This document shows positions 45,673 to 54,766 of a DNA stretch of 64,000 nucleotides, in pieces. The DNA lies in assembly GCA_964549075.1 (NCBI GenBank), contig CAZJUB010000001.1:31255-95254 (forward strand). Reading direction: 5' to 3'. The translations under genes and the position numbers were made by a program. Each line of letters begins with the position of its first letter. Position 1 is the stretch's first letter. The DNA comes from an uncultured archaeon (GTDB taxonomy: Archaea > Asgardarchaeota > Heimdallarchaeia > Heimdallarchaeales > Heimdallarchaeaceae). The notes beneath the pieces were generated by a model. That model saw only the letters and a list, made by a program, of their open reading frames with translations. It made no database searches and had not been told where the DNA came from.

Positions 45673-46059
45673 TTATCCATAATGTAAATCAGGATTGATA
45701 TCTTCATCATCTAACTGCTTCAAATCTTCTTCAAGCTTATCATTGTAAAGATCATACAAAATAACTAATGCTACTCCTTTATTGATACCTGTTTGCAAAG
45801 ACAGTTTCTCATAACTCATTTCCGGATTTTCAGGAAGTATTATTTCCCTTACATATCCTTTGAGGTTCTGATAATTAGGGATTGATCTAATACCATCTAT
45901 AAGATCTTGTAATTTTCCCTCAAAACCGACAAAATTAACATTTAAACGCTTATTTTTCTTCATCTGATCAACCAATTCTTTCAGTTCTTTTTGGTCTTCA
46001 GCTTCTTTATTTTTGACTTTTTTTTCTGTTTCCCCAATATAATTGAATAGTGTATTCAA
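45673..46059 (-). CDS. hypothetical protein, possible HTH near the C-terminus
   Basis: 128-aa ORF. MSYEKLSLQTGINKGVALVILYDL looks HTH-like. There is no firm motif. Confidence 0.45.
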   Translation of the reverse strand: MNTLFNYIGETEKKVKNKEAEDQKELKELVDQMKKNKRLNVNFVGFEGKLQDLIDGIRSIPNYQNLKGYVREIILPENPEMSYEKLSLQTGINKGVALVILYDLYNDKLEEDLKQLDDEDINPDLHYG

Positions 46060-46665
46060 GTAGTAACCCCTTTCTCTTATGAGTCGTTACTAAGTGAAAT
46101 AATTTGAGTATAAAATTCTTTTGTATTACGGGTTAATCAAACAAACGTTTATTTTATAGAAAAAACATTTTTTAGTTCGAAAGATGTTTTGTTAAAGGTA
46201 AGATTCCTTTCTTTTGCAAGAAAAATAAATTGGTCACTAAGACAAATCATAGTATATATCGCAAATAGTTTGCAAGTGCTTTGTATTGACTTATTAATAT
46301 TATTATCATTAGAAGTATTAAACAGTTTCTTGTTTATTAAAGCATATTATTGCAAACTGTTTTTCGAAAACGACCATGAAAAGCACAAAAAATGACGATA
46401 GAAGAACATTTTACAATTTTTCTTTTAAATAGAAAAATTTTATAATAATTTGTACAAGTATTTAACTAGATAGAATCATAATCTATTAAGTATAGTTTAT
46501 TTTTTGAAATTTAAAATAATAATCCAATAGATTAATTAAACAGCTAAAAGAAATTTCGGTTAAAATTTAGCATCAAAGGTTTATCTAGTAGATTCAACAT
46601 AACATAAACGCACAGCAAATATATTAAAGAAAAAATTAATCAAAACAAAAAAAATATACATAAAT

Positions 46666-48150
46666 TCATTGCCATTTTTTAGCTCTTTCGATAGCTCTTT
46701 TCCATCTAGAAAGAAGGATAGTTCTTTTATCTTCACTCATTGTTGGAGTATATTCTTCTGCTACCTGAAAATTAGATTTAATATCAGCCAAATTCTCCCA
46801 GTAATCTACAGCTAATCCTGCTAAATATGCAGCACCTAAAGCTGTGTTTTCTTGAACAGATGGTTTTTCGACAACAACATTTGAGATATCAGCTTGAAAT
46901 TGTAGCAAAGGAGAACAACGAGTTACACCACCATCTACACGCAGAATGGCTATATCAATTCCTGATTCTTTTCTCATTACTTCAAAAACATCTTCTGATT
47001 GATAGCAGATAGATTCGAGAGTAGCACGAATAATATGATCCTTGGTTGTTCCTCTAGTTAATCCTAAAAGAATCCCTCTTGCTCGAGAATCCCAGTAAGG
47101 AGCACCTAAACCAACAAAAGCTGGTACAAAAACCACACCATCTGTGGTAGGTGTAGAGATCATAATATTAGCTAAACTATTTTTATCTTCCAAAATTCCT
47201 ATACCCTCTTCTAACCATTGAATAGCTGCCCCAGTTATAAACACACTACCTTCCAAAGCATATTTTATAGTGTCATCAATTTTCCAAGCGATGGTTGTTA
47301 ATAAACCATTTTTGGATTCAACTGCTTTGTTACCAGTATTCAACAACATAAAATTTCCTGTACCATAAGTATTCTTTACAGAACCTTCATCAAAACAAGT
47401 TTGTCCAAAAAGTGCAGCTTGTTGATCACCAGCAGTCCCTGATACAGGTACATCTGTATCCAATATTTGTTTGTGCACATTTCCATAGGTTTCTCTATCA
47501 CTGCTTGGACGAACCTCTGGTAAAATATCTTCTGGAACACCTAAAATTTCTAACAATTCCTGATCCCATTCTCCAGTATGAATATTGAAAAGAAGTGTTC
47601 TTGAAGCATTAGAATAATCAGTGATATGATTTCCTGTTAGCTTCCAAATTAACCAAGAATCAATTGTTCCTATAAGAAGACTTTGCTTCGAATAAGCATC
47701 TTTTACTTTAGCACTATTATCTAAAAGCCATCGAATTTTGGTTCCTGAAAAATAAGGATCTAAAACGAGGCCTGTCTTCTTCTTAAATAAGTCCTCATAA
47801 CCTTCTTCTTTTAAGGTGTCACAAATATCAGTTGTTCTTCTGCACTGCCAAACAATTGCGTTATGAAGGGGTAATCCTGTTATTTTGTTCCATGCAACAA
47901 CAGTTTCCCTTTGATTAGTTATACCAATTGAACAAATATCAGAAGAATCGATTTTAGCTTTTGTCATGGATCCAGAGATGGTTGTCAAAGTTTTTTCCCA
48001 GATTTCTGAAGGATTATGTTCTACCCAACCTGCTTTAGGGAAGATTTGTGTATGTTCTATATAATCTTTTGAAATTTCTTTTCCTTCTTTGTTAAAAATC
48101 ATTGATCGTGAACCAGTGGTTCCTTGGTCAATACTCAGGACATACTTCAT
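46666..48150 (-). CDS. glpK: glycerol kinase
   Basis: YVLSIDQGTTGSRSMIF, GITNQRETVVAW, FSGTKIRWLLDN, GDQQAALFGQ and the FGGY-family C-terminus are present. Confidence 0.95.
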   Translation of the reverse strand: MKYVLSIDQGTTGSRSMIFNKEGKEISKDYIEHTQIFPKAGWVEHNPSEIWEKTLTTISGSMTKAKIDSSDICSIGITNQRETVVAWNKITGLPLHNAIVWQCRRTTDICDTLKEEGYEDLFKKKTGLVLDPYFSGTKIRWLLDNSAKVKDAYSKQSLLIGTIDSWLIWKLTGNHITDYSNASRTLLFNIHTGEWDQELLEILGVPEDILPEVRPSSDRETYGNVHKQILDTDVPVSGTAGDQQAALFGQTCFDEGSVKNTYGTGNFMLLNTGNKAVESKNGLLTTIAWKIDDTIKYALEGSVFITGAAIQWLEEGIGILEDKNSLANIMISTPTTDGVVFVPAFVGLGAPYWDSRARGILLGLTRGTTKDHIIRATLESICYQSEDVFEVMRKESGIDIAILRVDGGVTRCSPLLQFQADISNVVVEKPSVQENTALGAAYLAGLAVDYWENLADIKSNFQVAEEYTPTMSEDKRTILLSRWKRAIERAKKWQ

Positions 48151-48189
48151 AATTTATGATTTAGTAGATGTTTTAAAATTGTTTAGGTG

Positions 48190-49446
48190 TTATTTTATGG
48201 TATCTTGTTGCCTACTACCCTGAGTAATTCTTTTTGTAGGTCTAAAAGATTTTTCTTTATCCAGTTCTTTGAGGGTTTCTGTTCCTTGAGTTGAATAGTA
48301 TCTTCCTCTCCAAGAAACCTTTTTACCTCTTAAACCATAGAAAATTGCCACTCCAATAACTATAAAATTGACTAACTGGGTTATTGGGTAAAAAAGTGAG
48401 ATCCACCACTTCATATCTCCTTTATTCTTGAAGTAAAAGTGTATAGTAGCTGCATAAGCGAGATATAAACCAGTATTAACAATTATTCCTATTGTATAGT
48501 CAGCCCAGAATAAGAAATTTCCATGATTAAAGAAGGATTGAATCATGAAGTATGGTGAAAATAAGAAATATAATAACCATAAAATCATAAATCCTATTCT
48601 CCAAGGAGTTAAAGTAACAATTCCACCCCATATAGCTCGCCTAAAAGCTCTGAAAAATTGTCCGAAGCCTTCAGGATACATTCTTGTTTGAACAAGTCGA
48701 GTTCCATCCATAAAACTAAGACCTAACTCCTTTTCTTTACACAATTTAGCTAACGCAACATCTTCTACAAGAGAACTACTTATAGCCATATGTCCTCCAA
48801 GCTCTTCATACCCATTACGTGTAAAAAGCATATATTGACCAGAAGCTAAGAATGAATCTTTATTATATGGATTACTAATATCTTCCCTAGGTCCACCACA
48901 GAGAAAACTCAGAAAGTAGAGATAAGTTGGGAAAAATTCATAGAATTTATATGCTTCTAGATAAGGAAGGAGCGAGAAAAGTGCCACTTCTGAACCAAGA
49001 AGGTGAGAAACAGTGATTCTCAATGACTCAGGTGTATGTTTAGTGTCTGCATCTGTGAAAAGCAACACATCACCTTGTGCAGCTAGATAACCTATATGAC
49101 AGCCATAGGATTTTCCAATCCACCCAGTAGGAAGATTTTCATCTATAATTGTTTTAACTCCATAGGATTCAGCAATTTCAACTGTTTTATCTTTTGAACC
49201 ACCATCAACAACTATAATTTCATAATGTGGGTAGTTCAGTCTTGTCAAACTGGTTAAACATTTTCTAATATTTACTTCTTCTTCCAACGTAGGAACAATG
49301 ATAGACACAAAAGGAAGCTGTTCATCTCTTAAAAATAAGATTTGCCATTCCTTGCGACTGTGTTGAAGGAGTACAAAGAAATAAATGAAACAAGTAATTA
49401 CTAATCCTATATAGAGGGATTCAAAGAACCAAGCCACTAAGTACAC
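48190..49446 (-). CDS. membrane-bound family 2 glycosyltransferase
   Basis: VSIIVPTLEEEVNIRKCLTSL...YEIIVVDGGSKDKT and DADT are present. TM helices flank the catalytic domain. GTG start. Confidence 0.8.
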   Translation of the reverse strand: MYLVAWFFESLYIGLVITCFIYFFVLLQHSRKEWQILFLRDEQLPFVSIIVPTLEEEVNIRKCLTSLTRLNYPHYEIIVVDGGSKDKTVEIAESYGVKTIIDENLPTGWIGKSYGCHIGYLAAQGDVLLFTDADTKHTPESLRITVSHLLGSEVALFSLLPYLEAYKFYEFFPTYLYFLSFLCGGPREDISNPYNKDSFLASGQYMLFTRNGYEELGGHMAISSSLVEDVALAKLCKEKELGLSFMDGTRLVQTRMYPEGFGQFFRAFRRAIWGGIVTLTPWRIGFMILWLLYFLFSPYFMIQSFFNHGNFLFWADYTIGIIVNTGLYLAYAATIHFYFKNKGDMKWWISLFYPITQLVNFIVIGVAIFYGLRGKKVSWRGRYYSTQGTETLKELDKEKSFRPTKRITQGSRQQDTIK

Positions 49447-49599
49447 CTTCTCATGGATTAGGTAATAAGATAAGTCAGCTTGTTTATATAGTTTATTAGT
49501 TCAGTGTTATTCTTTACATAAAAGGATTGACTAACAAATGAAGAGTTTTCTATAAGAATTAAATTAAACAAAAACAGAGATTAGAAAGAGATAATCTTT

Positions 49600-50574
49600 C
49601 TAAGTTGTTTGAATAGGACCTTCTGGAGTCATGTACACAGTGTGTTCATGTTGACTAATAAAAGATTCAGGTGTATCTGATAGAACGTGATATTGATAGA
49701 GTGCACCTACATTAATTAGTTCTCTTATACCCATTTTAGCTTTTGCTGGACCAAGTTCTTTATAGATCCATCTTGTAGCTACTGGAAGACGGTTATATTC
49801 TCTCTCCAATAATCGTCTCACTTGCTTTGCAGCATCAGTACGTAAAGGAAATCTTCCTTCAGCTAAACGAATAATATATAATTTTGTTCTATCTTGATGA
49901 GATTCTCCTGCCCCAGTAGTTGCGAAAGTTTCGATAGCATAAGCTTCATCTTGAAGGACTAAATTACCTTTTCTACCGGAAACATTAGGAATTGATTTAG
50001 GACCATGGACTCTATAAGGCAAGAGTAAATGACCAGATAGATCTTTTACAGTTGTAAAACCATATCCTTCAATTATATTTTCTATTAAATCGCCTAATTT
50101 TCCTGTATAAGCACCAGCTCGAATAACTTTAACAGCTGTTTCTGTAGCTTCTTTACTTGCTTTTATTAAATCATTATGAACATCATTAAATGCTACTGTT
50201 AATGCAGTATCCGCTATAAATCCCTCATATTGAACACCACAATCAAGTTTGACTACATCTTCCTCTTTCAGAACCAACTCGTCTTCCCAAGGACAAGTAT
50301 AATGAGCAGCATGATTATTTACTGCAACATTAAGAGGAAATGCTGGTTTCATACCTGCATCAGCAATCATTTTATCAGCAGTTTCACACAAATCTAATGC
50401 TTTAACTCCTGGTTTAGCCATTGTTTTGAGATGTTGGAGGATATCTTTAGCTACATTACCAGCTTTTTGATATTTTTCTAAGGGAGTTAATTCCTTCTCT
50501 TCCTCAACTTCTTCTTTAACTTCTTCTGTTTTTTCTTCTTTGACTTCCTCTTTAGTCTTCTTTTCTTCAGCCAT
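49600..50574 (-). CDS. map: type 2 methionine aminopeptidase with a Lys/Glu-rich N-terminal extension
   Basis: AFPLNVAVNNHAAHYTCP, DCGVQYEGFIADTA, GHLLLPYRVHG, YAIETFATTG and QHEHTV carry the metal ligands and the MetAP2 insert. Confidence 0.9.
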   Translation of the reverse strand: MAEEKKTKEEVKEEKTEEVKEEVEEEKELTPLEKYQKAGNVAKDILQHLKTMAKPGVKALDLCETADKMIADAGMKPAFPLNVAVNNHAAHYTCPWEDELVLKEEDVVKLDCGVQYEGFIADTALTVAFNDVHNDLIKASKEATETAVKVIRAGAYTGKLGDLIENIIEGYGFTTVKDLSGHLLLPYRVHGPKSIPNVSGRKGNLVLQDEAYAIETFATTGAGESHQDRTKLYIIRLAEGRFPLRTDAAKQVRRLLEREYNRLPVATRWIYKELGPAKAKMGIRELINVGALYQYHVLSDTPESFISQHEHTVYMTPEGPIQTT

Positions 50575-50643
50575 TTATTTCACCAGAATTGAAAACCACT
50601 CCTTATTAATATATTTAACTCTGATGTTTTGACACAAAAATTG

Positions 50644-50670
50644 AAAAAAAAAAATGATTAAAGAAAAAAA
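50644..50670 (-). terminator. oligo-T tracts (T7 then T11 on the minus strand) directly after the M48 protease stop
   Basis: The plus strand shows A11 (50644-50654) and A7 (50664-50670), abutting the stop codon at 50671-50673. Confidence 0.45.
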
Positions 50671-52488
50671 CTAGAAAGGTAGTAAGTTTGGTAAACCAGC
50701 CATAATAGCAATTATAGCTCCGAGGAATATTAAAACAACAAAAACCCAAGCTGCAACATCTTTATTTGAACTAAATCTAGATTGTCCGTCCATAGTATAC
50801 ATTCTTTTTATCATTACATATGGTCTCATTGTTCTTCTATACCAACCTATAATTTCTACTTGAGAACCAATGATTTTCTCGACTCTGAAGAGAGCAGTTA
50901 TCCATCTCATAAATCCAAATAGAGGGTTATAATCTAGAGTAATAATTCCTGATGGATCTTGAAGGACCACATCTTCACTGAAATAATATCCAGGGGTTCC
51001 TCGACCAATAATAGTTCCTCTTAAGCGTATAGGTTTCCCTCTAAAAGGCGAAGCTTCAACATACCCATTATCTGAAGTATCTGTAACTGCATGCATGATA
51101 GATACCAAAGGGATATCCTCACGTAGTTTTGGATAACGTATTTTTATTCGCCAAATCCAAAGTAAACCAGCAATAGCAAGCCCTGCTCCAACAACGAGCC
51201 ACACCACATTCATACTGACAGTCCATACATTATAGTAATTTAGTAAATAGAGTACACCTCCTGTACCAGGAAGAATAAAGAGTAATATTGGAGCGACATA
51301 CGAAAGGAGCAGATCTATTAGGAATTCATCCCATAAACTCTCTTTAACTTGGTCTTCCCCTAGAATTGGAAAAGCTCTAGGTATCTGCATTTCTTCTGAC
51401 AAATCATCTAGTGCAAGTAATCGTTTTGCTACTAACGGATGTGTGGATTGTAATTCAAGAAAAGCTGCCCAAGGGCTTTCTAAATCCCAAGCTGCAGCTT
51501 TTGCTACTAGTTCAGGCTTAACTTCTCCAGCTCTAGCTTGAGCTTGAGCAGACATAACAAGACCTTGTGCTGCTTTGATATCAAAGATATTCAATGATCG
51601 AGTTGTATTGACAAAATTTGAACGAGAATATGCTCTAGTTCTGGTTCTTCTGTCTACTCCTTTATCATTCATAGTAGTTGCATAAGCTTCCTGTGTCTGG
51701 ACCATACCATAAGCAATTTTGACTAACGCAGTCGCTAAACCTTTAGGATTTCTTGTTTCTTCACCTGAAAATCTATCTGCATAGTATTCTCTCACTCTAC
51801 TTAAGAACAAAACCAAGAACTGGCTTATAATATAGAAAATGAAAGACACAACCATAGTCACTACTGCAGCAATAGCAATATATCCTGCTGCTTTATTATT
51901 ATCTCCACTACCTCTAATAAATCCAAGTCTCAAAAAACCTCTAGAGAAAAGGTAGAAAGTATAGAGTATCATTGGAACAGCACTAGCAATTGTCATAAAT
52001 GCAAAATCACGGTGAGCTATATGTCCTAGTTCATGCGATACAACTGCTTCTTGTTCTTCAGGTGTAAGTAAATTTAGTAAGCCATCTGACATTACTAATC
52101 TTGCATTTTTCTTGAATCTTCCATAGGTCAATGCAGTTGGCATTTGGTCATGAATCATACCAACTTTCTGGATAGAGAGATTTTGCAACTGACTTTGATC
52201 TGCAATTAAACTTGCTAGATGAGGAGGCAACTGCATTGGATCTATCCAAGTCATTTTGTATAACCATCTAAAATTCAAATCAAGAAGCCATGGAGAGATG
52301 AGAAATTGTACAATCACAATGCCTATTGTTATTAAAATGGGGAATAATATAAGTGCAAAGGAAGAAGATGAAGCTATTTGGTATCCATAATAGGATGCAA
52401 TTAAAACAGCACTAATCACTACTGCATAAACTAATCCCCATAAGAAAGCTAAAGTAAGCAATCCTCTAAAAATTATTCTAAATTTCAT
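50671..52488 (-). CDS. M48 (HtpX-like) zinc metalloprotease with extra TM segments and a C-terminal soluble domain
   Basis: HELGHIAHRD (HExxH) lies between TM helices. The 605-aa length is about twice that of HtpX. Confidence 0.8.
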   Translation of the reverse strand: MKFRIIFRGLLTLAFLWGLVYAVVISAVLIASYYGYQIASSSSFALILFPILITIGIVIVQFLISPWLLDLNFRWLYKMTWIDPMQLPPHLASLIADQSQLQNLSIQKVGMIHDQMPTALTYGRFKKNARLVMSDGLLNLLTPEEQEAVVSHELGHIAHRDFAFMTIASAVPMILYTFYLFSRGFLRLGFIRGSGDNNKAAGYIAIAAVVTMVVSFIFYIISQFLVLFLSRVREYYADRFSGEETRNPKGLATALVKIAYGMVQTQEAYATTMNDKGVDRRTRTRAYSRSNFVNTTRSLNIFDIKAAQGLVMSAQAQARAGEVKPELVAKAAAWDLESPWAAFLELQSTHPLVAKRLLALDDLSEEMQIPRAFPILGEDQVKESLWDEFLIDLLLSYVAPILLFILPGTGGVLYLLNYYNVWTVSMNVVWLVVGAGLAIAGLLWIWRIKIRYPKLREDIPLVSIMHAVTDTSDNGYVEASPFRGKPIRLRGTIIGRGTPGYYFSEDVVLQDPSGIITLDYNPLFGFMRWITALFRVEKIIGSQVEIIGWYRRTMRPYVMIKRMYTMDGQSRFSSNKDVAAWVFVVLIFLGAIIAIMAGLPNLLPF

Positions 52489-52636
52489 GTTATCAAGATA
52501 ATCTAATACAAACTAGTATAAATAACTTCATTTTTTAAAGAAATTTCACATACATTTTTTACTTTAGATCATAAAATTATTTAGTTAAACTTAAGCTCTA
52601 ATTGCTTGTAAAAAGAGATGAATTGTATCATCAAAG

Positions 52637-53290
52637 TTAGTAAAGTGATAAAAGATCAGTCATAGAACCAATAGTTGCTGAAGCTTTAATTTCTTTCCTT
52701 CTTGTCCCTGGTGCGCCTTCTGTACCAAAATAGATAAAATCTATCTTAGCATTTAGAGCTGTTTCAGCGTCTACCCAAGAATCTCCAATGAAAATAGTTC
52801 TTTCCTTTGTTGCTTGAAATTTTTCCATCAGAGTGTAAATACCTTCAGGATCAGGTTTACTTTTAGTAACATCATCTCTTGTTAAAATATATTCAAAAAG
52901 ATGATTGAAATTGTATTTCTCTAGCGCATAACTGGCAATTTTTCGGGAATTATTCGTGTATAAAACTAGTGTATGACCTTTATCCTTAAGTTTCTCTAAT
53001 GTAGTGATTACATCTTCTTCAACAAAAGCGTTTTCATACCCTTTAAATTCATATTCTTCTAATAATTTCCATGCTTTTTCATGTAATTTGCCTGTTGAAT
53101 CTTTTTTATCTATTAGAGCTATAAGTTCAAGTATAGTATAGATGGTTTCAGATATTTTTCTATACTCTTCTTTATCAACAATATCTCTGAGAATCTCTCG
53201 AAGTCTATCTCTAATCCCCATATAGTCAATCTTGGATTGAATTAAAGTTCCATCCATATCAAAAATTAATAATAACTTCGAAGTAACCAT
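52637..53290 (-). CDS. HAD-superfamily hydrolase
   Basis: Motif I is LIFDMDGTLI. TNN and GDSWVD (motif IV) are present. Confidence 0.8.
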   Translation of the reverse strand: MVTSKLLLIFDMDGTLIQSKIDYMGIRDRLREILRDIVDKEEYRKISETIYTILELIALIDKKDSTGKLHEKAWKLLEEYEFKGYENAFVEEDVITTLEKLKDKGHTLVLYTNNSRKIASYALEKYNFNHLFEYILTRDDVTKSKPDPEGIYTLMEKFQATKERTIFIGDSWVDAETALNAKIDFIYFGTEGAPGTRRKEIKASATIGSMTDLLSLY

Positions 53291-53399
53291 TTCCCATTTC
53301 GGTATTTTTTGTTAAGATTTTTAATAATTTGGGTTAACACAAATACAGAACAATAGTTAATTTTTTATTTTTACATAGGAATACTATTTTGGTGTCCCT

Positions 53400-54623
53400 T
53401 TGAGTACAAAGAGTCTTGAATTCGTGTTTGTTCCTTATGAACCTATATTCTCTAATTTAAAAGAAACATATAATCAATATTCAAAATTATATAATGATTT
53501 TAAAGATGCAGGGGAGGAAAATATAGCTTTCAAAGTATTATCATATCATTATGCTGGAATGTTATATATAATCAAAGCAGATGAATTAAGAATAAAAAAG
53601 AAGTATAAAGATGCTCTTATTAATTATGAAGAAGGTCTAAAACTTATTAATAGATCTCGAGCATCCAGAGGAAGGGAAGGCGATAGAATATTCAACGAGA
53701 TGGTCTTGTGGATAAACTATTGCGAGGCAATGATAAAACTATGTCAAAGTTTTAGTGAAACAGATTTGTCAAAAAAGATTAAACTTCTTGAAGAGAGTGG
53801 TGAATTAAATAGAGATTTTTATGAAGCACGCAAATTAGAGGAGGATAAGACAAACCTAATAGCAGCTAAAGCTAGAGATTGTTATACACAATTTATTTAC
53901 AATCTTGCATTATCAGAATTACATAAAAATAATTCAAAAGTAGCTAAAAAATATCTTCTTGAAGCTAGAAAAGAGATTATGAAAGCAAATTTCATCTACA
54001 AATCACTAAATGAAGAGCTAAATGAAATACAGAATAAAATAGATGAAATAACAAAAGCACATATAGTAGCCAGAGCTGAAGGATTTTGGGATAAAGGGTC
54101 AATTCTCATCTCTGAAAGTAAGTTTAATGAAGCTCAAAGGTATTTTACCATTGCCTCCAAATACTATGCAAGAGCGAGTGTTATTTGTGCAAATTTTATG
54201 GAACAGAGATTGTATCTTGCTTTATCTAGAATCACAGAAGCAAGTCAATATGAAGCTGAAGCAAATGAGATGTATAAAAGACAAGACAAACCTAAAGAAG
54301 CAAGTGAAATGTTTAACAAAGCTGTTGACATAGTAGATATTGCATTAGGATTGCTTACTAGTATTAAAAGTGAATCTCTAATAAACAACATGACAGCTCA
54401 AAGATCATTTTATGAAGCACTTGCTTTAGAAACTGAAGGAATCTTTCTATTTGATAGTGAACAATTCAATGAAGCACTTCAAAACTTTGAAAATTCTATG
54501 AAAAAACTTGAAGAGACTCAAGTTAGTGCTTCTGAAGGGAATATTGATCAACTACTTGAATTCGTTCGGACTGCAAAAAGTGAAGTAGAAGGATATATTT
54601 CCATGGCTCAAGCAATGTTATAA
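53400..54623 (+). CDS. alpha-helical repeat protein (TPR/MIT-like), unknown function
   Basis: Recurrent helix-pair signatures: KYKDALINYEEGLKLI, FNEAQRYFTIASKYYARA, FNEALQNFENSMKKLEE. TTG start. Confidence 0.45.
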   Translation: MSTKSLEFVFVPYEPIFSNLKETYNQYSKLYNDFKDAGEENIAFKVLSYHYAGMLYIIKADELRIKKKYKDALINYEEGLKLINRSRASRGREGDRIFNEMVLWINYCEAMIKLCQSFSETDLSKKIKLLEESGELNRDFYEARKLEEDKTNLIAAKARDCYTQFIYNLALSELHKNNSKVAKKYLLEARKEIMKANFIYKSLNEELNEIQNKIDEITKAHIVARAEGFWDKGSILISESKFNEAQRYFTIASKYYARASVICANFMEQRLYLALSRITEASQYEAEANEMYKRQDKPKEASEMFNKAVDIVDIALGLLTSIKSESLINNMTAQRSFYEALALETEGIFLFDSEQFNEALQNFENSMKKLEETQVSASEGNIDQLLEFVRTAKSEVEGYISMAQAML

Positions 54624-54677
54624 TTGATGAGTATAGTTTGTTTCGGAAGATTTTAAACTCATCTAAGAAACTTTAGT

Positions 54678-54761
54678 TGAAGAATCATCTATGACGAAAT
54701 AACGGTCTTGGATTGCCCTAAAGGCAATGACATGTGATGGGCGAACCGAGATGGTTCTTCA
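54678..54761 (+). ncRNA. candidate structured small RNA with C/D-box-like architecture (degenerate boxes)
   Basis: A GC-enriched island between convergent genes. A 12-13 bp terminal stem (GAAGAATCATCT / AGATGGTTCTTC, one G-U pair) encloses AUGACGA, 11-12 nt, UGGA, a hairpin (TTGCC/GGCAA), AUGACAU, 12 nt and CCGA. Confidence 0.3.
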
Positions 54762-54766
54762 TCACT

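Noticed and set aside
46189-46395. 68-aa ORF in the long spacer
   Set aside because: It has a TTG start, no ribosome-binding-like sequence and a Leu/Ile/Phe-rich product typical of random AT-rich DNA. I kept the region as a non-coding observation instead.
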